64,000 nt of DNA from Candidatus Methylomirabilia bacterium (GTDB taxonomy: Bacteria; Methylomirabilota; Methylomirabilia; Rokubacteriales; CSP1-6). Location of the stretch: NCBI GenBank assembly GCA_041492755.1, contig JBGPXN010000002.1, positions 14,883 through 78,882 on the forward strand, given 5' to 3'. The notes below the pieces were generated by a model. That model was given only the letters and a program-made list of their open reading frames with translations. It did no database searches and had not been told where the DNA came from. Made by a program: the position numbers and the translations under genes. Below are positions 9,461 to 17,268 of this stretch, one piece after another. The stretch's first letter is position 1. Each line of letters starts with the position of its first letter.

Positions 9461-9746
9461 CTGGTTGAGGACCGTCGTCGAGGTCAAGCCACTGGATGGG
9501 TACCGGGTCTTCTTGAGATTCGATGACGGCCTGGAAGGCGAGCTGGACCTCGAAGTCTTTCTCATGCCGTTCAAAGGTGTATTCGCGCCGCTCCGTGACC
9601 TCGCGCGTTTCCGCGAGGTCTTCGTTGATTGTCACACCGCATCGTGGCCGAACGGCGCCGATATCGCTCCGGAGGTCCTGTACTCCCAGGTCTCCGGTCG
9701 GCCGCTCCGCCGGCCGACCCACACTAAGGCAGAAGGTGGCCGATGA
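9453..9746 (+). CDS. DUF2442-family protein
   Basis: ATG 9453 overlaps the upstream stop (ATGAGTGA). VVEVKPLDGYRVFLRFDDGLEGELD...SWPNGADIAPEVLY. Confidence 0.75.
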   Translation: MSDWLRTVVEVKPLDGYRVFLRFDDGLEGELDLEVFLMPFKGVFAPLRDLARFREVFVDCHTASWPNGADIAPEVLYSQVSGRPLRRPTHTKAEGGR

Positions 9747-9938
9747 GGTAGAAGATCGCGCTGCGGAAGACGGACGAAGGTTACAGCGTGTCGGTCCCCG
9801 GCCTGCCGGGCTGTTTCGCAAGGTGCCACAGAGGATGAAGCCCGTGCGAACGTCCGGGACGCAATCCAGGAGTATCTGGCGGCTCGCGACCAGCTTCTGG
9901 ATGGGGCTACCGTGCGCGAGGTCGAAGTCACTACGTAG
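9743..9938 (+). pseudogene. HicB-like antitoxin pseudogene (in-frame TAG at codon 3 plus frameshift)
   Basis: Reads ATG AGG TAG AAG ATC... = MR*KIALRKTDEGYSVSVPGLPGCFA, then shifts frame at ~9812 into GATEDEARANVRDAIQEYLAARDQLLDGATVREVEVTT*. Together these reconstruct a typical HicB N-domain. Confidence 0.65.
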
Positions 9939-9964
9939 GCGGGTCCGGTATTACCGACACGAAC

Positions 9965-10312
9965 TCAGCGCGATCCGCTGTGAGTCTCCGCCAGCTCGAC
10001 GAACCGGCAGAGCGCGTTGATGAGCCGCATCTGATCCACCGTCCTCGCCCGTGACTCCAGCAGCCGTGGGCTTGCCACCACGTACGCCAGACACCGCGCG
10101 CGCGACACCGCCACGTTGAGGCGGTTCCGGGAAAGGAGGAACTCGAGACTGCGCGGCACGTCCTCCGCGCTCGACGTCGCCATCGAATAGAAGACCACCG
10201 CCGCCTCGCGCCCCTGGAACTTGTCGACCGTGCCGGCCTGAACGCGGCAGAGTCCGGCGGCATCCAGAGCCTGGCGCAGCCGGCGCACTTGCGCGTTGTA
10301 CAGCGCGACCAA
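9965..10312 (-). pseudogene. 3' fragment of an SF1 (Upf1/DNA2-like) helicase
   Basis: Only the last ~115 codons are present: YNAQVRRL, TVDKFQGREAAVVFYS, NRLNVAVSRAR (helicase motifs V/VI region). A TAG lies upstream in frame and there is no N-terminal ATPase domain. Confidence 0.65.
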
Positions 10313-10543
10313 TAGCTCCCGGCATGTTCTGCTACCGGGTTGCTACCAGACCACGCGGGACCACGCGGCATCACGCGAGTCACGGACTACCCCTGATCGT
10401 TGGTGTTCTGCGGGGTTTGAGGTGTCGTGGGGCGGCGTGGTGTGGTCCGAAGAGCAACGGCGGGCACCGCCGACTGATGGTGCGCCCAACCCGGCGTTAT
10501 GCTCACTCTATGTAACTCTCGATCGCTCGGTACGAATCCACCA

Positions 10544-10595
10544 GGGCGGACTTACAAGGCCGAGGTCGCAGGTTCGATCCCTGCTCCGCCTGCCA
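10544..10595 (+). pseudogene. Truncated tRNA-Val copy (acceptor 5' half fused directly to anticodon loop through the 3' end)
   Basis: GGGCGGA + CTTACAAGGCCGAGGTCGCAGGTTCGATCCCTGCTCCGCCT + GCCA. This is identical to tRNA-Val positions 1-7 and 32-72. The D arm and 5' anticodon stem are missing, and the discriminator is G instead of A. Confidence 0.8.
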
Positions 10596-10624
10596 TCCCA
10601 CCTTCATGTCGGGAGAGCGAACCC

Positions 10625-11110
10625 ATGGCACGAACGAAACGGGGAAGGGACTTTCTGGAGTGGCTCGCGCGATTGGTGACGGACTGGACGGGGCGGTCGG
10701 CGGCGTTCGCGCTGGCGCTCGGCACGATCGCCGTGTGGGGACTGACCGGGCCGCTCTTCGGCTTCTCCGACACGTGGCAGCTCGTCATCAACACCGGCAC
10801 GACGATCGTGACGTTTCTCATGGTGTTCCTGATTCAGCGCGCGCAGAACAAGGACGCGCTGGCGATCCACCTCAAGCTCAACGAGATCGTGGCCGCGCTC
10901 GAAGGCGCCAGCAACCGGCTCATCGCCGTCGAGGATCTGACCGAGCACGAGATCCAGGTCCTGCACGCGCACTTCCGCCAGCTCGCCGTCATGGCCAAGC
11001 GTGACGACGTGCTGACGCGGTCGCATTCGGTGGAGGAGGCCGAGCGGCGGCACGTCTACAAGCGGCGGCGCCGAGCGGTCGCCGACAAGGGCGAGGCGGC
11101 GAAGTCCTGA
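10625..11110 (+). CDS. Low-affinity iron permease family membrane protein
   Basis: ATG 10625. GPLFGFSDTWQLVINTGTTIVTFLMVFLIQRAQNKDALAIHLKLNEIV matches the conserved core of the low-affinity iron permease family (PF04120-like). Confidence 0.7.
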   Translation: MARTKRGRDFLEWLARLVTDWTGRSAAFALALGTIAVWGLTGPLFGFSDTWQLVINTGTTIVTFLMVFLIQRAQNKDALAIHLKLNEIVAALEGASNRLIAVEDLTEHEIQVLHAHFRQLAVMAKRDDVLTRSHSVEEAERRHVYKRRRRAVADKGEAAKS

Positions 11111-11454
11111 GCGCGGTGAGACGCGTCGCGCGTCAGCCCGGGAGCGTGCGACGGAAAAAGCGCGTCATGTCGTCGCGGAACAGGGCGGCCTGATCGCCCT
11201 GCGAGCCAGCACCCTCACCGCCGCCGCGACGTCGAACGCCGAGGCCGCGAACGAATACTGCGTCGGGTTCGACACCGTCGAGGTGACGTTGCGGGGCCCG
11301 AAGGAATCGAGCACGAAGGCCGCGATGCCGAGCATCATAGTCTTCAGGAACCGCGTCCCGACCGCCTCCGGGGTGGGGCCACGCGTCGGGGGGCGCCGCA
11401 CCTTCGTCAACGTTGTCTACGACACCCGCGATCAGGTCGATGGAGGGACGCGCC

Positions 11455-11847
11455 ATGGCCGCCGAACTCACGGTGATCCTGCGGGACGAGCCCGGTACCC
11501 TGGCCCGGCTCGCGGCGGCCCTGGGCGCCGCCCGGGTGAACATCGAAGCCATCCTGGGTTCGTCCCGTGAAGGCCATGGCGTCGTCCAGTTCGTGCCCAG
11601 CGAGCCCGACCGGGCCGCGCGTGCCCTCGACGCGGCCGGAATCGTCTACACCCGGCGCGAAGTCCTCATCGTCAGGGTCCTCGACGAACCCGGCACGCTG
11701 GGCGACGTGGCGCTGGTGATGTCGACGGCGGGCATCAACATCGATTCGGTCTATGCCACCACGCGCGGGCACATCGTGCTCGGCGTCGACGACCTGGATG
11801 GTGCCATCCAGGTCGCGGGCGGCATGGCGGTGATGATGCCCGATTGA
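11455..11847 (+). CDS. Tandem ACT-domain protein
   Basis: Two repeats of the LxVxLxDxPGxLAxL / NIxSVY pattern (LTVILRDEPGTLARLAAALGAARVNIEAI; LIVRVLDEPGTLGDVALVMSTAGINIDSVY). Confidence 0.65.
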   Translation: MAAELTVILRDEPGTLARLAAALGAARVNIEAILGSSREGHGVVQFVPSEPDRAARALDAAGIVYTRREVLIVRVLDEPGTLGDVALVMSTAGINIDSVYATTRGHIVLGVDDLDGAIQVAGGMAVMMPD

Positions 11848-11995
11848 GTACATGGGGGGCCCCGATAGGGCCCCCCATACCCCCCAAGACGCTCGGCGCG
11901 CCCCGGGGAACCCGTGGCGCGCCTCGAAACCCCTCAGCGCTCGGAGCGCCGCGGCGGAGCCGTGGCGCTCCTCGAATTCCCTCACACCCTCTGAG
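11845..11995. repeat. Intergenic repeat element copy A (three stem-loops)
   Basis: TGAGTACATGGGGGGCCCCGATAGGGCCCCCC...GGCGCGCC-N13-GGCGCGCC...GGAGCGCC-N13-GGCGCTCC...TTCCCTCACACCCTCTGAG. It is near-identical to 26115..26245 apart from a ~20-nt insertion. Confidence 0.85.
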
Positions 11996-12021
11996 CGAAG
12001 TCGGTCTGGCGGCGCCGGCCA

Positions 12022-12037
12022 TATGACCTACGTCATA
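12022..12037. promoter_or_regulatory. Candidate CRP/FNR-family (Dnr/NnrR-like) operator upstream of the molybdoenzyme operon
   Basis: Perfect inverted repeat TATGAC-CTAC-GTCATA. The core TGAC-N4-GTCA resembles the TTGAT/C-N4-G/ATCAA FNR-type box. Its centre lies ~76 nt upstream of ATG 12106. Confidence 0.3.
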
Positions 12038-12105
12038 CCGGCGCTCGCGCGATCGCGGGCAATGTGCGGGTGAGCCTCGGAGTGCGGGAGCAAGGAGGGC
12101 GCCCG

Positions 12106-13794
12106 ATGCCTCTGCGAGTGCGGCTGGTGATCCCGCTGTCGGTGGTTGCGTCGTTGGCGGCCGGGCTGTTCGGGTGTACGACCTCCCAGCCGGCACCTCC
12201 GTCGGCCGGAAGGCCGCCTGCCGTGGTCGGCGCGGGTGGGGCCGTGCAGTCGGGCACCGGCCAGCCGCTACCCGTGAAGCTCACGCCGTCTGTCACGCGG
12301 GAGGCGACGCCGGCGCTCCTCGCCCTCGGCCGGCGCGTTTACGACAAGCAATGCGCGGCCTGCCACGGCACGACGGGGCGCGGCGACGGCGAGGCCGCCT
12401 ACCTGCTGTATCCGAAGCCGCGCGACTTCACCACCGGCAACTACCGCAACGTCTCGACGTGGGAGCGCGCGCCGACGGACGAGGACCTCTACCTGACGGT
12501 CTCGCGGGGGATGCCGGGGTCGGCGATGCCGTCGTGGGGCCATCTGCCGGAGGACGAGCGCTGGGCCCTCGTCCACTACGTCAAGGGCTTCGCGGCCAAG
12601 CCGTGGACGATCGCGCCCGCCGTGGACGCCAAGGGCGAGGGGCAGACGGGCACGGGTGTCATTCGCGTCCCGCCCGCGCCGCCCTTCACCCCGGAGGCCA
12701 AGGCGCTCGCGCTCGAGCGGTACGCCGACGCGTGTGCGGCGTGCCACGGCAAGACGGGCAAGGGCGACGGCACCGAGGAGCAGAAGGACGATCTCGGCTA
12801 CCCGACGCGCCCGCGCGACCTGACCCTCGGCGTCTTCAAGGGCTCGCCCGACCCCGCGCACCTCTACCGTAGAATCGTCGCGGGGCTGCCGGGGACGCCG
12901 ATGCCGATGAGCGACTGGGCATACGGGGCCGAGGCGTGGCACCTCGTGAACCTGATCCGCTCCTGGTCGAGCGACAGCCAGCGCCGGCGCGCCGAGATGC
13001 AGAAGTTTCGCATCGTCGCCCGTCGTGTCCCGCAACTTCCGGAGCATCCCGACTCGGGGCTCTGGCGTCTGGCCCAGCCCGTGAACCTCCACGTGATGCC
13101 GCTCTGGTGGAGGACGGACCGGCCCGAGGAGATCACGGTGCGCGCGCTCCACGACGGCAGGCAGTTGGCGCTGCTCGCCGTGTGGTCAGACGCGACCCAC
13201 GACCACACGGCCATGCGGCCGCAGGACTTCCGCGACGCGGTGGCCGTGCAGTTCGCGCTCGATCCCGATCCGCCGTTCTTCGCGATGGGCAACCGCGACG
13301 GGTTCGTCAACATCTGGATGTGGAAGTCCGAGCGTCAGGCCGACATCGAGCCCGCATTCCAGGATCTCGAGAAGATCTACCCGAACCTCGGCATCGACTC
13401 CTATCCGAACTCGAAGGTGGCGGCCGCCGAGCAGCCCACGCGGCACGCGCTCACGCTCGGCTCGGACCCCGTCTTCATCAGCGGCTGGGCGGCGGGCAAC
13501 ATCGTCTCGGACCCGGCGCGGACGAGCCCGGCCGAGGACCTCGTCGCCCAGGGGTTCGGCACGCTCCGGGCCCGCCCGCGCGCCGATCAGGCGGTGGACG
13601 CGCGCGGCGTGTACGCCACCGATACCTACCGCGTGATGTTCCGTCGCGACCTGGTCGGTCGGGGCGGGCGGACGGTGACGCTCCGGCCGGGGACGACGGT
13701 GCCGGTCGGCTTCGCCGTGTGGAACGGCAGCGCCGGCGACCGCGACGGCAAGAAGTCGGTCACGATCTGGCAGGACCTCGTGCTCGAGCCGTGA
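12106..13794 (+). CDS. Gamma-type subunit: di-heme cytochrome c fused to an EB_dh (ethylbenzene-dehydrogenase-gamma-like) heme-b domain, possible lipoprotein
   Basis: ATG 12106 after AAGGAGGG. The signal ends in LFGC. There are two CAACHG heme-c motifs. The C-terminal half (VRALHDGRQLALLAVWSDATHD, DAVAVQFA, FAMGN, NIWMWKS, GFAVWNGSAGDRDGKKS) matches the EB_dh/NarI-independent gamma subunit pattern of type II DMSO-reductase enzymes. Confidence 0.8.
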   Translation: MPLRVRLVIPLSVVASLAAGLFGCTTSQPAPPSAGRPPAVVGAGGAVQSGTGQPLPVKLTPSVTREATPALLALGRRVYDKQCAACHGTTGRGDGEAAYLLYPKPRDFTTGNYRNVSTWERAPTDEDLYLTVSRGMPGSAMPSWGHLPEDERWALVHYVKGFAAKPWTIAPAVDAKGEGQTGTGVIRVPPAPPFTPEAKALALERYADACAACHGKTGKGDGTEEQKDDLGYPTRPRDLTLGVFKGSPDPAHLYRRIVAGLPGTPMPMSDWAYGAEAWHLVNLIRSWSSDSQRRRAEMQKFRIVARRVPQLPEHPDSGLWRLAQPVNLHVMPLWWRTDRPEEITVRALHDGRQLALLAVWSDATHDHTAMRPQDFRDAVAVQFALDPDPPFFAMGNRDGFVNIWMWKSERQADIEPAFQDLEKIYPNLGIDSYPNSKVAAAEQPTRHALTLGSDPVFISGWAAGNIVSDPARTSPAEDLVAQGFGTLRARPRADQAVDARGVYATDTYRVMFRRDLVGRGGRTVTLRPGTTVPVGFAVWNGSAGDRDGKKSVTIWQDLVLEP

Positions 13795-13817
13795 CGGCAC
13801 ACCGGGAGGAGACCACG

Positions 13818-16800
13818 ATGAGCGGAATGGAGCGCCGGGAGTTTCTCCGCTGGCTCGGCATCGGCGCCGGCACGGCCGCCGCGACGGAGCTCTCGCTACC
13901 GCTGAAGCTGCTCGCGGCCGCCGACCCCGACGAAAACCCGCTGGCGGGCTCGGTCGCGCGCGACTGGGAAAAGGTGTACCGCGACCAGTACACCTACGAC
14001 CGGTCGTTCGACTGGGTCTGCTCGCCGAACGACACCCACGCCTGCCGCGTACGCGCGTTCGTGCGCAACGGGATCGTCACGCGGCTCGGCAACACCTACG
14101 ACTACCAGACGTACGCCGATCTCGACGGCAACCACGCCACGGCGAACTGGAACCCGCGCCAGTGCGCCAAGGGCTACACCTTCCACCGGGTGCTCTACGG
14201 GCCCTACCGCCTCAAGCACCCGATCGTGCGCAAGGGCTGGAAGGCGTGGGCCGACGCCGGCTTCCCCGAGCTGACGGACGAGCTCCGGTCGAAGTATATG
14301 TTCGACAGCCGTGGCCAGGACGAGTTCGTCCAGATCTCGTGGGAGGACGCGTTCACCAGCATCGCGCGGGCGCTCGTCGCGATCGCCGAGCGGTACAGCG
14401 GCGAGGCGGGCAAGGCACGCCTGCTCGCGCAGGGCTACCAGCCCGAGATGGTCGAGGCGATGGGCGGAGCCGGCACGCGCACGCTCAAGATGCGGGGCGG
14501 CATGGGCCTCCTCGGGGTCATCGGCAAGTACGGGATGTACCGGCTCAACAATTCCCTGGCCCTGCTCGACGCCCAGATCCGCCGCGTGGGCCCGAAGGAC
14601 GCGAAGGCCGGCCGCAACTGGTCCAACTACACCTGGCACGGCGACCAGGCGCCGGGTCATCCGTGGGTGCACGGGCTGCAGGCGTCCGACTGCGACTTCA
14701 ACGACCTCCGCTTCTCGAAGCTCATCATCATGGACGGCAAGAACCTCGTGGAGAACAAGCTCACTGACTCCCACTGGTTCATCGAGACCATGGAGCGCGG
14801 CGCCAAGATCGTGGTGATCGCGCCGGAGTACGGTCCCCCGTCGACGAAGGCCGATTACTGGATCCCGATCCGACCGCAAACGGACGCGGCGCTCTGGCTC
14901 GGCGTCACGCGCCTCATGATCGACAACGGGTGGTACGACGAACCGTTCGTCACGGCGTTCACCGACTTTCCGCTCCTGGTCCGCACGGATACGCTGAAGC
15001 GCCTGCGGGCCCACGAGCTGTTCCCGGGCTACGTGACGACGCTCGCGCCGGACGGCCCGTCGATGAAGATCCAGGGTCTCACGGCCGACCAGCATGCCAG
15101 GCTCGGCGACTACGTGATCTGGGACGAGCAGGCCCAGACGCCACGGGCCCTCACGCGCGACGACGTCGGCGCGAGCATGCGGTCGAAAGGCCTCCAGCCC
15201 GCGCTCGAGGGAACGTGGAAGGTGAAGCTCGTCGACGGCAAGGAGGTCGAGGTCGCGACGCTCTGGACGCTCTACCGCACTCACCTGAAGGACTACGACC
15301 TGGACACCGTCGCCGAGATCACGCATGCGCCGAGGGACCTGATCCGCCAGCTCGCCCAGGACATCGGCGCGATGAAGCCGGTCTCGATCCACCAGGGCGA
15401 GGGGATCAACCACTGGTTCCACGCGACCGAGATGAACCGCGCGGCGTACCTGCCGCTCATGCTCACGGGGAACATCGGCAAGCCCGGCGCGGGCTGCCAC
15501 ACCTGGGCGGGGAACTACAAGGCCGCCCTGTTCCAGGGCTCGGCCGAGACCGGGCCGGGCTTCAAGGGCTGGGTGGCCGAGGATCCGTTCCACCCCAACC
15601 TCGATCCCGCCGCGCACGGGCGCGCCGTCGAGACCCACGCGTACACGAAGGACGAGGAGCCCGCGTACTGGAACCACGGCGACCTCGCGCTGATCGTGAA
15701 CACGCCGAAGTTCGGCCGCCGGAACTTCACGGGTGACACCCACATGCCGACGCCGAGCAAGGCGATCATCTTCAGCAACGTCAACTTGATCAACAACGCC
15801 AAGTGGGCGTACGGCATCATCAAGAACGTGAACCCCAAGGTGGAGATGATCTGCGCGATCGACCTCCAGATGACGGCGTCGATCGAGTACGCGGATATCG
15901 CGCTGCCGGCCAATAGCTGGCTCGAATTCGAGGACCTGGAGATCACGGCTTCCTGCTCGAATCCATTCCTGCAGATCTGGAAGGGCGGCATCCCGCCGGT
16001 CTTCGACAGCCGCGACGACCTGATGATCCTGGCCGGGATCGCGCAGGCGCTGGCCGAGGTGACCGGCGACCGGCGCTTCGCCGACTACTTCAAGTTCGCG
16101 CTCGAGGGCAAGCGCGCGGTCTACATCCAGCGGCTGCTGGACACGTGCACGACCACGGCCGGCTACCGGCTCGACGATGTCATGGCCGGCAAGTACGGGC
16201 CTCCCGGTGGCGCGCTCATGCTCTTTCGCACGTATCCGCGCATCCCGTTCTGGGAGCAGGTCCACGACTCCCTGCCGTTCCACACCGACACCGGGCGGCT
16301 GCACGCCTACGCCGACGTCCAGGAGGCGATCGACTACGGCGAGAACTTCATCGTTCACCGCGAAGGCCCGGAGGCGACGCCGTACCTGCCGAACGTCATC
16401 GTGTCGTCCAATCCCTGGATCCGCGCCGAGGACTACGGCATCCCCCTCGGCGCCGAGCACTGGGACGAGCGGACGATCCGCAACGTCAAGCTGCCGTGGA
16501 GCCAGGTGAAGGGGACGAAGAACTTCCTCTGGGAGAAGGGCTTCCGCTTCTACTGCCTCACGCCGAAGACCCGCCACCGGGTCCACTCGAGCTGGTCGAA
16601 CGTGGACTGGCACATGCTGTACGACTCGAATTTCGGCGACCCGTACCGCCTGGACAAGCGGGCGCCGTCGGTTGGCGAGCACCAGTTGCACATGAACCCG
16701 CAGGCGGCGCGCGACCTGGGCGTCAACGATGGTGACTACGTGTACGTGGACGCGAATCCCGCCGACCGGCCGTATCTGGGCGCCCGGCCCGACGACCCGT

Positions 16801-17264
16801 TCTACCGCGTGGCCCGCTGCATGCTGCGGGTGAAGTACAACCACGCGTATCCGTACAACTGCGTGATGATGAAGCACGCGCCGTTCATCGCGACCGAGCG
16901 GAGCGTCAAAGCCCACGAGACGCGGCCCGACGGCCGCGCGCTGTCCGAGAATACCGGCTATCAGGCGAACCTGCGCTACGGCTCGCAGCAGTCGGTCACC
17001 CGCAACTGGCACATGCCGATGCACCAGACCGACACCCTCTTCCACAAGTCCAAGGCCTTCATGAGCTTCCTCTTCGGGGGCGAGGCGGACAACCACGCGG
17101 TGAACACGGTCCCGAAGGAGACGCTCGTGAAGGTCACCAAGGCCGAGGATGGCGGTCTCGGCGGCAAGGGTATCTGGGCGCCGGCGACCACGGGCTTCAC
17201 CCCGGACAACGAGAACGACTTCATGAAGCGCTACATCGCCGGCGACCTCTACCGGAAGGCCTAG
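13818..17264 (+). CDS. Tat-exported molybdopterin alpha subunit, type II DMSO reductase family (NarG/NxrA-like)
   Basis: ATG 13818 after GGGAGGAG. It has the twin-arginine signal MSGMERREFLRWLG and an N-terminal C-x3-D-x3-C...C Fe-S motif (CSPNDTHAC at 14019..14045, then NPRQC). YTWHGDQAP aligns with the NarG WYCD(222)LPP Mo-ligand Asp region. It is 1148 aa long. Confidence 0.85.
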   Translation: MSGMERREFLRWLGIGAGTAAATELSLPLKLLAAADPDENPLAGSVARDWEKVYRDQYTYDRSFDWVCSPNDTHACRVRAFVRNGIVTRLGNTYDYQTYADLDGNHATANWNPRQCAKGYTFHRVLYGPYRLKHPIVRKGWKAWADAGFPELTDELRSKYMFDSRGQDEFVQISWEDAFTSIARALVAIAERYSGEAGKARLLAQGYQPEMVEAMGGAGTRTLKMRGGMGLLGVIGKYGMYRLNNSLALLDAQIRRVGPKDAKAGRNWSNYTWHGDQAPGHPWVHGLQASDCDFNDLRFSKLIIMDGKNLVENKLTDSHWFIETMERGAKIVVIAPEYGPPSTKADYWIPIRPQTDAALWLGVTRLMIDNGWYDEPFVTAFTDFPLLVRTDTLKRLRAHELFPGYVTTLAPDGPSMKIQGLTADQHARLGDYVIWDEQAQTPRALTRDDVGASMRSKGLQPALEGTWKVKLVDGKEVEVATLWTLYRTHLKDYDLDTVAEITHAPRDLIRQLAQDIGAMKPVSIHQGEGINHWFHATEMNRAAYLPLMLTGNIGKPGAGCHTWAGNYKAALFQGSAETGPGFKGWVAEDPFHPNLDPAAHGRAVETHAYTKDEEPAYWNHGDLALIVNTPKFGRRNFTGDTHMPTPSKAIIFSNVNLINNAKWAYGIIKNVNPKVEMICAIDLQMTASIEYADIALPANSWLEFEDLEITASCSNPFLQIWKGGIPPVFDSRDDLMILAGIAQALAEVTGDRRFADYFKFALEGKRAVYIQRLLDTCTTTAGYRLDDVMAGKYGPPGGALMLFRTYPRIPFWEQVHDSLPFHTDTGRLHAYADVQEAIDYGENFIVHREGPEATPYLPNVIVSSNPWIRAEDYGIPLGAEHWDERTIRNVKLPWSQVKGTKNFLWEKGFRFYCLTPKTRHRVHSSWSNVDWHMLYDSNFGDPYRLDKRAPSVGEHQLHMNPQAARDLGVNDGDYVYVDANPADRPYLGARPDDPFYRVARCMLRVKYNHAYPYNCVMMKHAPFIATERSVKAHETRPDGRALSENTGYQANLRYGSQQSVTRNWHMPMHQTDTLFHKSKAFMSFLFGGEADNHAVNTVPKETLVKVTKAEDGGLGGKGIWAPATTGFTPDNENDFMKRYIAGDLYRKA

Positions 17265-17268
17265 CGCG

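Larger units (their letters stand above)
4822..10595. mobile_element. Putative degraded tRNA-Val-associated genomic island (no integrase seen)
   Basis: Bounded by the intact tRNA-Val and a 45-nt direct repeat of its 3' part (10551..10595, one mismatch). It contains TA-like gene pairs, two pseudogenes and a visibly lower-GC stretch. Hand counts give ~50-55% GC in lines around 6900-7080, against ~70% elsewhere. Confidence 0.35.

Noticed and set aside
11133-11410. Possible decayed minus-strand gene. One frame gives GTRFLKTMMLGIAAFVLDSFGPRNV, and another ends ...GDQAALFRDDMTRFFRRTLPG, which is reminiscent of alpha/beta-hydrolase C-termini.
   Set aside because: The fragments are short and split between frames, and the similarity is only impressionistic. 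I cannot support a call without a database search.
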